A stretch of DNA of 32,000 nucleotides from Caldivirga maquilingensis IC-167 (GTDB taxonomy: Archaea; Thermoproteota; Thermoprotei; Thermoproteales; Thermocladiaceae): NCBI RefSeq assembly GCF_000018305.1, contig NC_009954.1:1740001-1772000 (forward strand), given 5' to 3'. Below are positions 17,228 to 24,610 of this stretch, piece after piece; position 1 is the stretch's first letter; each line of letters begins with the position of its first letter. The translations under genes and the position numbers were made by a program. The notes beneath the pieces are model-generated. The model searched no databases and was not told where the DNA came from. It saw only the letters and a program-made list of their open reading frames with translations.

Positions 17228-18148
17228 TTAATCACCCTTAAGCACTAATTTAAGGAGAGCCATCCTAAGGGGCACACCTAGGGCTGACTGCCTAAAGTAC
17301 CTAGCGTACCTTGTTGAGTCTAACCTATGATCAACCTCATCAACCCTAGGTAATGGGTGAAGAATTATTAACGTATCCTTAGCGCCAATCAATGACTCTG
17401 GGGTAACCTTGAAGCTTCCCTTAACCCTCTCATACTCCACTGGGTCAGGGAACCTCTCCCTCTGTATCCTAACCACGTAGAGTACGTCTAATTCACTTAA
17501 AACCTCATTTAGGTTTGAATGCAGGCTATAATTCATCCCCCTCATTCTCATGAAGTCCACAAGCTCCCTCCTCGGCCTCAGTATTTCAGGGGATATGAGG
17601 CGTAGCTTAACTTTAAAGTTACTTAGCAGTTGAACCAGTGATGTAACAACCCTAGCGTACCTTAAGTCACCCAGTATGCCTATTGTTAAATCATCTAATC
17701 GCCCATACTCCCTCCAAATAGTGTATGCATCAAGCATTGCCTGGGTTGGGTGATTTTGGGTTCCATCACCAGCATTAATCACTGGTACAGTGGCTATATC
17801 GGCGGCGTACTTGGCTGCACCCTCAAGGCTATGGCGTATGACTATTATATCTGAGTAGGAGTCAAGCATTCTAATGGTGTCGCCAAGGCTCTCACCCTTA
17901 GCCACTGAGGATGCCTCCACTGAACCAAAGCCCAGTACTCGTCCACCAAGCCTTAGCATAGCGGTCTCGAAGCTTAACCTAGTTCTAGTGCTTGGTTCAA
18001 AGAATGCCGTGGCCATTATCTTACCATCAAGTATGTTTAACTTGGATTTAGCGTAATTCTCCATTTCCTTAGCCTCATAGAATAATTGCATTAAATCATC
18101 CCTAGTGAAATCCAGGGATGAGATGACGTCCCTGTTTAACCAAGTCAA
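17228..18148 (-). CDS. pyrB: Aspartate carbamoyltransferase catalytic subunit
   Basis: 306 aa. Contains [13 protein letters not shown] (carbamoyl-phosphate site), [17 protein letters not shown] and FRQ. The only available start upstream of the conserved N-terminus is TTG 18148. An A/T box at 18176-18185 abuts the stop of the upstream gene. Confidence 0.95.
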
Positions 18149-18184
18149 GGGACCCTCGCCTACTACTGGACCGGTGTTTATAAG

Positions 18185-19255
18185 TTAAGCGGATTTATAC
18201 TGTTCAAGAACCACGGGTGGTACATCATCATTAACGGGTACTGATAATATACCCTTAGTCCTCTCCGCTAAATGCTCCACAATAGGCATGTCCTCGGGAT
18301 ACACCTCACCTATAACATTGAACCTAGGGTCAGGTGGCGCATCATCCTTAAATATCCAGACCTGTATATAATGTGGATTATCATTCACCACCGTAACCGC
18401 ACCCTTAAACCTCCTGACAATGTTCCTTGGTTTAATATTATTTTCACCACCCGCCGTTAATCCAATGGTCTTCTCCTTAATCCTAACATCATGAAACTCC
18501 CTATTAAATACCTTAGCCTCCTCCTCGGTTAAGCCGTAGTAAGTAATAACCCTTATTCTGGTTCTCCGCTTGGCATTAGCCACTTTCCTTAAGTCTTCAT
18601 CAGATGGCAGTGGGTCACCTATGAGTACCCTATCTATGTACCTTGAGTTAAGGAGTATTGATGCTGAATTCTCAATATCCATGTGCCTAAGACTCTCCAC
18701 AGTGGTCCTCTCCCCATCCTTAACTGATACGAATATGCCAACGGGTATACCCCTATTGTGGAATTCCCTGGACTTAGCTAATGCATCCTCTAGACTTAAA
18801 CCAGTGTACTCCCATGGGTACCAGTCGTGACTAGCCATTAGGTTTTCTGGTTTTCTAACCAGTTTAAGCAACTTATCTAATTCATCAAGTGGAAAAACGC
18901 TCGCATTCAACTCAACCTTAATCCCAAGATCATTATTAGCCATTGTTGCTAATTGCTCCAGGTTAAAGCCCCAGTCAGCCCTAACTCCCTTAATACCCAT
19001 CTTCCTGAAGAAGCTTAAGTCACCTGGGGATGCACCTAGGTCTGAAAGCACCCTAGGATTAATATCCACGAAGTAGTAGTAGCCTAATTCATTAGCCAAC
19101 TTAGCTATATCCTTAACCAAGTCTAAGCTATCAAGCCCCACTCCAGACCATACCTCAGTGAAGCCTAGTTCCGAGGCTTTTCTCATTATCTCCATAGTCC
19201 TAGGTACAGTTTCCCTCCTACCTACAGCGAAGGATATACCTATGCTCTTAACCAT
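18185..19255 (-). CDS. DUF871 / MupG-like protein (putative 6-phospho-sugar glycosidase; TIM-barrel plus C-terminal beta domain)
   Basis: 356 aa. The pattern as I remember it for DUF871/MupG proteins: GISF...ELGFTEVWS, ANELGYYYFVDINPRVLSDLGASPGDLSFFRKMGIKGVRADWGF, KVELNAS, SHDWYPWEYTGLS, GIFVS...TTVESLRH, and IDRVLIGDP. The C-terminal GAVTVVNDNPHYIQVWIFKD...RFNVIGEV resembles the small C-terminal domain. This assignment is by recall only, not by search. Confidence 0.6.
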   Translation of the reverse strand: MVKSIGISFAVGRRETVPRTMEIMRKASELGFTEVWSGVGLDSLDLVKDIAKLANELGYYYFVDINPRVLSDLGASPGDLSFFRKMGIKGVRADWGFNLEQLATMANNDLGIKVELNASVFPLDELDKLLKLVRKPENLMASHDWYPWEYTGLSLEDALAKSREFHNRGIPVGIFVSVKDGERTTVESLRHMDIENSASILLNSRYIDRVLIGDPLPSDEDLRKVANAKRRTRIRVITYYGLTEEEAKVFNREFHDVRIKEKTIGLTAGGENNIKPRNIVRRFKGAVTVVNDNPHYIQVWIFKDDAPPDPRFNVIGEVYPEDMPIVEHLAERTKGILSVPVNDDVPPVVLEQYKSA

Positions 19256-19256
19256 G

Positions 19257-19272
19257 AATACTGAATAGTATT
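19257..19272. promoter_or_regulatory. Inverted repeat AATACT-gaat-AGTATT between the TATA box and start codon of the DUF871/MupG-like gene
   Basis: Perfect 6-bp arms with a 4-nt spacer. It lies directly between the A/T box (19275-19284, minus strand CCTTAAATAT) and ATG 19255. That is the classical position of an archaeal repressor operator overlapping the transcription start. Confidence 0.4.
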
Positions 19273-19278
19273 CGATAT

Positions 19279-19320
19279 TTAAGGATTGCCCGTGAATTAG
19301 TTGGTATTATGAATCCTTAA
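19279..19320. promoter_or_regulatory. 9-bp inverted repeat TTAAGGATT ... AATCCTTAA (24-nt spacer)
   Basis: The left arm (19279-19287) overlaps the DUF871 gene A/T box. The right arm is at 19312-19320. The hexamer AAGGAT recurs at 19379-19384 and 19415-19420, each time just 5' of a TATA-like run. Confidence 0.35.
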
Positions 19321-19418
19321 TTTAATTAGGTTCAGCAAATAAGATTCAATAATTCATGATATTGAGTTAACCATGCTTAAGGATACTATAAAATAATGTA
19401 ACTTTGATTGGGCAAAGG

Positions 19419-19427
19419 ATTTATTAA
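19419..19427 (+). promoter_or_regulatory. A/T-box promoter element for the SQR-like gene
   Basis: ATTTATTAA, centred about 26 nt upstream of ATG 19449 and preceded by AAGGAT. Confidence 0.5.
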
Positions 19428-19448
19428 CCCCTAATCCCTTGACGCACC

Positions 19449-20615
19449 ATGCCTAGGATAGTGGTGGTGGGTGGGGGGATAGGTGGATTAACGGTTGCAT
19501 CAACGTTAGCACAAAGGTTGGGTACTAAGGTTGAGGTCACAATATTAACTAAGGAACCATACTACGTAAGCGGCCCAACTAGACCATTAGTGTTAACTAA
19601 TGAGGAGAAGCTTGAGAGGATAATTAGAGGTTACAGTAATGTTGGGTTAAAGGGTGTTAGAATAATGTATGGTGCGGTTACTGGTGTTGACCCAGCTAAT
19701 AGGATTGTTAAATACAGTGAATCACCACCATACGGTGTTAAGAGCAGCTCACTAAGCTACGATTACTTGGTGATGGCGCCTGGGGTGATTTTTGATGGAA
19801 GTGGGATTAATGGGTATGATAAGTGGGGTTGGGTTAATACCAATGTCTATGACCCAGGTATGTTAATGGAGTTGAAGAATAAGTTATGGTCCATTAACCA
19901 AGGTACAGTACTAGTGTATGCACCGAAGGCACCCTACCGCTGCGCCCCAGCACCCACCGAGACAGCCCTATTGGCCCACACTATTCTCAAACATAGGGGT
20001 GTTAGGGATAAGGTTAAGATTATTCACATTGACGCCAATGATAAGACTCAACCACCTGCAATTGCTGATAAGGTTAAGGAGATTTACGATAAGGCTGGAA
20101 TAGAGTTAATTACTAACCAAGAAATAGTGGAGTTAAGCAATCACGAAGTTATCACTAAGAGCGGTGAAAGGTATAGTTTCGATGTGCTTGCTATGCTTGA
20201 GCCGAATAAGGCCCCATCATTCATTAGGGAGGTGGGCTTGGGTGATGATTGGTTTAACGTTAGATCACCTGTGGATTTAAGGAACACTAAGTACGATGAC
20301 GTGTTAGCCGTTGGCGACACTGCGAAGCTACCATTCCCCAAGAACCAGGAGATAGCCTTTGAAAGCGCTTTATTCGCGGTTAATAAAATAATGGAGGACC
20401 TTGGAATCAATGATAGGATTAACGTTCAATACGCCTTCATTGGTTGGGCTTACTTAGGTAACGTGGAGGGTATGTTGGAGACCTTAAGTCTTCAATTCGG
20501 GTTTGATTACACGCAGCAGCCACCGAAGGTGATTAAGGACCCTGAACCAAAACGTGAATACACTATTCAGAAGGACCATTGGATGCAAACATACCTCAGT
20601 AAATTATTCGGTTAA
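19449..20615 (+). CDS. FAD-dependent pyridine nucleotide-disulfide oxidoreductase, sulfide:quinone oxidoreductase-like
   Basis: 388 aa. Contains [16 protein letters not shown] (FAD GxGxxG), [25 protein letters not shown] (the SQR/FCSD-type Cys loop) and VLAVGD. The whole protein contains only one cysteine. Confidence 0.7.
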   Translation: MPRIVVVGGGIGGLTVASTLAQRLGTKVEVTILTKEPYYVSGPTRPLVLTNEEKLERIIRGYSNVGLKGVRIMYGAVTGVDPANRIVKYSESPPYGVKSSSLSYDYLVMAPGVIFDGSGINGYDKWGWVNTNVYDPGMLMELKNKLWSINQGTVLVYAPKAPYRCAPAPTETALLAHTILKHRGVRDKVKIIHIDANDKTQPPAIADKVKEIYDKAGIELITNQEIVELSNHEVITKSGERYSFDVLAMLEPNKAPSFIREVGLGDDWFNVRSPVDLRNTKYDDVLAVGDTAKLPFPKNQEIAFESALFAVNKIMEDLGINDRINVQYAFIGWAYLGNVEGMLETLSLQFGFDYTQQPPKVIKDPEPKREYTIQKDHWMQTYLSKLFG

Positions 20616-20689
20616 ACCATACTGTTTATTGTTCAGTGGAGATGGGGTTGAGTGTTAAGTTTATTTAAGGCGCTTAGTATTGTGTCTTT

Positions 20690-21682
20690 ATGAGGGCGGT
20701 TGTTTTCGAGAAAAGTGACTTAAATGACTTAAGGGTGGTTGAGTTAAGTAGGCCTAAGCCTAATCCCCATGAAGTAGTCATTAGGGTTACTGAATCCGGT
20801 GTTAACCCTGTGGATTACTATACGGTGACTTCAAGGTGGGTTAAACCAATACCACATATACCTGGTGCTGAATTCGCCGGTATTGTTGAGGAGGTGGGGG
20901 AGCATGTATCAGTTGTTAAGCCTGGTGATAAGGTGGTGGTTTATGGTAGGGTTTTCGACGGTACCTGTGACTTATGCTTAGCCTCCATGGAGAACCTATG
21001 TAGGAATGGAGGCATAATAGGTATAGTTACTAATGGTGGTTGGGCTGAGTACGCTATTGTACCTGATAGGAATTTAATTAAACTACCTGATGATGTTAAC
21101 TGGGACTTGGCTGCAAGCCTACCTGTTGCTGCGTTAACGTCATACCATGCCCTCAGGGAGGCTAATTTAAGGGCTGGGGAGACTCTAGTTGTCTTTGGGG
21201 CATCGGGCAACACTGGTCAATTTGCTGTTCAATTAGGTAAACTAATGGGTGCTAGGGTAATTGCTGTAAGCGGGAAGAATTGGGTTAGTGAATTAGGTGC
21301 AGATTACGTTGCCTCAATTGATAATGTTAAGGATGTTGTTGAGAAGGCTACTGATGGTAGAATGGCTGATGTGGTTGTTGATCCACTTGGAGAGAGGACA
21401 TGGGGCGTAAGCTTACCGCTGCTTGGAAGGGGAGGTAGGTGGGTTACCTTTGGTCAATTAACTGGTGGGGAGGTTAAGATCCAGTTATCACTACTGTACT
21501 CTAATCAATTCAAGTTAATTGGCTCAACTGGTGGAACTAGGAGGGAGTTACTTGAGTTGGTTAACATTATGAGTAAGCTTAAGGTTAAGGTTGATAAGTA
21601 TTATGAATTAAGTGAAGCCAAGGAGGCGCTTAATAGGTTGTTTTCACCCCAGAGGAATGGAAGAATAATGATTAAGATTTAA
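20690..21682 (+). CDS. MDR-superfamily NAD(P)H-dependent oxidoreductase (quinone oxidoreductase/zeta-crystallin-like)
   Basis: 330 aa. GVNPVDYY replaces the catalytic-Cys motif of Zn-ADHs and PGAEFAGIVEEVG is present, both as in QORs. The Rossmann motif is VFGASGNTGQFAVQLGK. It retains a partial structural-zinc lobe (GTCDLCLASMENLC, 3 Cys). Confidence 0.8.
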   Translation: MRAVVFEKSDLNDLRVVELSRPKPNPHEVVIRVTESGVNPVDYYTVTSRWVKPIPHIPGAEFAGIVEEVGEHVSVVKPGDKVVVYGRVFDGTCDLCLASMENLCRNGGIIGIVTNGGWAEYAIVPDRNLIKLPDDVNWDLAASLPVAALTSYHALREANLRAGETLVVFGASGNTGQFAVQLGKLMGARVIAVSGKNWVSELGADYVASIDNVKDVVEKATDGRMADVVVDPLGERTWGVSLPLLGRGGRWVTFGQLTGGEVKIQLSLLYSNQFKLIGSTGGTRRELLELVNIMSKLKVKVDKYYELSEAKEALNRLFSPQRNGRIMIKI

Positions 21683-21696
21683 ACCTAATTCCACAC

Positions 21697-22950
21697 TTAG
21701 GCTAAGCTCCTCCTCCAGGATAATGCAGCGTATATTACGTAAAGCAGTAGGGCGTTGAAGAATGCGAAGAACACTAGGCTACCTAGTAATAGGCCTGGTT
21801 GAACTGAGACAAGGCTAAGTAATGCATTGATTTGCGGGGTTAAGAGTTGACTAATCGTTAACCACTTGGCCACGTTAAGGGCGAAGCTTAGACCATAAGC
21901 CTTAATCAAAGCCTCAGCTGCAGCAACTGGTGGAACAATGGCGTATGGGACATGAGCCAACCCATTCATTACCTCAGCTGAATCCATTAGCATTGGTGTT
22001 AATATGAGTTTAAGCACCTCAATAGGCTTACTGGTGACTTTAATTGAGACCACCAGTAGAATTAGGATTACGGCTCCAAGGGCAATGTTCATGTAAAGCA
22101 TCCAACTCAGGTTGAAGGTTGGTTTATATAATCCGTAGAACGCCGAAGGTAAGTATGAGGGTGGGTGCCCGAATATAGACCATGCAACCGTTGGTGAATA
22201 CTGGTAAACTGTGTAGAGGTACCAGGCAGCGAAGATGGAGTACAGTATACCGAAGATTAAACCCACAGTGTTACCAATCCTATGACCTAACTCATGGTAT
22301 TCACTCCTACTTGAAGCATACCTCCAGCCGTGTATTGATGATACTAGGATACTGGTCATGGCTATTGCACCAAATAAAGTGGCTAGGAGTAATGGTGGAT
22401 ATGTTGGGTTACTTAAAGCCTCAGTTAAATTAACTGATAAAGTGAAGCCCGTATTAGATGTACTGCTTGGTGCTATTGCCACCCCTGCAGGGTAATTTAT
22501 GAAGGCGAACACTAACCTAAACATCACTGGGATTACTGTTAAAGTAATGGCCATACCGTAACCCACTGCAACATGCCTCATCGGGCTAAGCCTATTAAAT
22601 GACCTGTAGTAGAAGCCTATGAGAGGTAACGCTATGGCTACGCCAAAAACTATGGCAATACCCCAAACAGGCCAAAGCAATGCACCAGCTATATTAGTGA
22701 AGACTGGTAGTAGGCCTGCCAAGAAGACTGTCACTATTGTTCCAAAGACCCCGCCTATTGCGTATACGGCTATTAGGTAGCTTGATAAGCCGTGCGCAAT
22801 ATCAATGTAAGTCCTCCTACCGCTCCTATACCCTAGTAACTCAAGAGTGGGCAGCAACCAACCTAAGCCAAGTACAGTGTAAACTAGGGGTAGGTGCACT
22901 GAGAAGGCCCATGCAATTAAGGCAACCGTCGCTACCACTGGGGAAACCAT
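21697..22950 (-). CDS. Cytochrome bd oxidase second subunit, CydA-paralogue type (CydA'-like) rather than canonical CydB
   Basis: 417 aa and polytopic. The N-terminal third aligns by eye with the adjacent CydA: SVHLPL vs LAHLSL, then L-G...E-L...Y-x-D and GGVFGTIVTVF vs GAAFGTLVEFG. It lacks the long periplasmic Q-loop. It starts 9 nt after the cydA stop, with GGTGA (plus 22955-22959) as an SD-like motif. Confidence 0.65.
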   Translation of the reverse strand: MVSPVVATVALIAWAFSVHLPLVYTVLGLGWLLPTLELLGYRSGRRTYIDIAHGLSSYLIAVYAIGGVFGTIVTVFLAGLLPVFTNIAGALLWPVWGIAIVFGVAIALPLIGFYYRSFNRLSPMRHVAVGYGMAITLTVIPVMFRLVFAFINYPAGVAIAPSSTSNTGFTLSVNLTEALSNPTYPPLLLATLFGAIAMTSILVSSIHGWRYASSRSEYHELGHRIGNTVGLIFGILYSIFAAWYLYTVYQYSPTVAWSIFGHPPSYLPSAFYGLYKPTFNLSWMLYMNIALGAVILILLVVSIKVTSKPIEVLKLILTPMLMDSAEVMNGLAHVPYAIVPPVAAAEALIKAYGLSFALNVAKWLTISQLLTPQINALLSLVSVQPGLLLGSLVFFAFFNALLLYVIYAALSWRRSLA

Positions 22951-22954
22951 GATC

Positions 22955-22959
22955 TCACC
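22955..22959 (-). promoter_or_regulatory. Shine-Dalgarno-like GGTGA for the second bd-oxidase subunit gene
   Basis: The minus strand reads TAG-GGTGAGATC-ATG. GGTGA lies 4 nt upstream of ATG 22950, in the 9-nt gap after cydA. Confidence 0.45.
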
Positions 22960-24384
22960 CTAGTACTCAACCACCTGTGTAGGCTTCACTTCCTTTGGCT
23001 TGGTGTATAGGTAAACCATGTAGACTGCTAGTGCTGGCATGGCAACCTCAACTATTATAATAAGCGCAACTAACCATCCTGGTAGGCTTAGGTTAGGATT
23101 AATTAAACCACCCTCATATATAGGTACTCCAGTTACCGTGGGTGGGCCACCATTTGGGTTAGGTGATGAATCAACTAGGATGAAGGGAACCCTACCGCTC
23201 TCCGACGTCACTGCACCACCTATTGCCGCTAAGGCGGCGAAGAGAGGCATGGCGTATGGACCAGTCCTCTCTAGGAATGATGCAATTACCCTAGCCCAGT
23301 TAAACCTACTGAAGAAGCCGTTGAACAAGTACCAGAGTGATAAACCACCACTCCAGACACCTAGTAATACGCCTAACGTAACCATGAAGCCTAAGTAGAA
23401 TATTGGTAGGAAGTCGAAGGGGGCTAGGGGTGGCCTTACGTTAGCAGGCCATGAGTAGTAGCCCCAGAAGGCGTGGTTGAAGGTGCCGTAGGCGAAGAAG
23501 CTTAAAAGTGGATCAACCTTAAGGCCCTTCCAGAACATTCCCTCAATAGCCGCTAGTTTCAATGGATCAAACTGGAGGACTAATTCACCCTGATCATGAC
23601 CAAGTATAAAGCCCTCAATAGCCGTCATAACTGCTACACCTGGTATAATGACTTTAAGCACCTTAGCTTGGTCAGGCCTATGCTCACGTACATAGCCGTA
23701 AAGGTATATTGCACCCACCACTGACCACGTTAATATTGCCGCAGCCAGTATACCATGGAAAATAAACACATTAGCCCCCCACCAGAACATGTTCCAGGCA
23801 TCAGTGGGCTTAGCCCAAGTAACCAGGTAGCTTGTTAAGCCTGCGATTGTTTCATTTGACGCAGCTAGGTTCTGAATAATCATGCCAGGCGGCCTCATGC
23901 TTAGTGAAGCCATAACTGCTAGAATGTTGTAGGCACTCCAGTATCCTCCGAATGCTGCGGCTAATCCGATTACCCAATGAACCCAACCATTCCTTACCTT
24001 ACCCCATGTGAAGACGTAGAGCGGTAGGAGTATTACCTCGGTTAGGAAGGCGAATAACTCTAGGTAGAATGGTAGAACAATGGCAGAGCCTATTATTGTA
24101 ATGAAGTTACTCCATATGGTCACTAACCCAAACTCAACTAATGTACCGAATGCAGCACCAACACCGAAGAATATAGTGGATACAACTGAGAACATCCTGG
24201 CTTTATCATACCAATCCTTATCATGCTTAACTAAATATAGGTACTCCGCAATAACCGCTATTAGTATTGTTCCGAGGAAGGATGATGCAAGGCTCAGGTG
24301 GGCTAAGATACCAATGGCTGATACCCATCTAGCCGCATCTAAAGTACTAGCGTTTATTATTGAGAGGACGTATGCACTAGGCAT
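22960..24384 (-). CDS. cydA: Cytochrome bd-type quinol oxidase subunit I
   Basis: About 474 aa. Contains N-terminal LDAARW...AHL (heme ligand His helix), GAAFGTLVEFGL, a hydrophilic Q-loop region, and KLAAIEGMFW (the conserved AA[IL]E motif). The track start is TTG 24393. The ATG at 24384 (MPSAYVL...) sits 24 nt downstream of an A/T box at 24402-24415. Confidence 0.9.
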   Translation of the reverse strand: MPSAYVLSIINASTLDAARWVSAIGILAHLSLASSFLGTILIAVIAEYLYLVKHDKDWYDKARMFSVVSTIFFGVGAAFGTLVEFGLVTIWSNFITIIGSAIVLPFYLELFAFLTEVILLPLYVFTWGKVRNGWVHWVIGLAAAFGGYWSAYNILAVMASLSMRPPGMIIQNLAASNETIAGLTSYLVTWAKPTDAWNMFWWGANVFIFHGILAAAILTWSVVGAIYLYGYVREHRPDQAKVLKVIIPGVAVMTAIEGFILGHDQGELVLQFDPLKLAAIEGMFWKGLKVDPLLSFFAYGTFNHAFWGYYSWPANVRPPLAPFDFLPIFYLGFMVTLGVLLGVWSGGLSLWYLFNGFFSRFNWARVIASFLERTGPYAMPLFAALAAIGGAVTSESGRVPFILVDSSPNPNGGPPTVTGVPIYEGGLINPNLSLPGWLVALIIIVEVAMPALAVYMVYLYTKPKEVKPTQVVEY

Positions 24385-24401
24385 AAAATGCAATCTGTAC
24401 A

Positions 24402-24415
24402 GTATTTTTTTAAGC
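24402..24415 (-). promoter_or_regulatory. A/T-box promoter element for the cytochrome bd operon
   Basis: The minus strand reads GCTTAAAAAAATAC, centred about 24 nt upstream of ATG 24384. Confidence 0.5.
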
Positions 24416-24610
24416 TTTCGTGGGTTTATTTAACTGAGTAATATTATTATGACCTTTAGATTTATGTAATTATTCATTATGTAGAATTCCACTAGGCATT
24501 ATTTATATGCATTAATCTATTAGACATGTATAAATTTCAATGGAAATAACCTAAGCTTAATGAACCGTAAGGGATATTAATCTGAACTGCAGATGTAAGG
24601 TATAAGCAGA

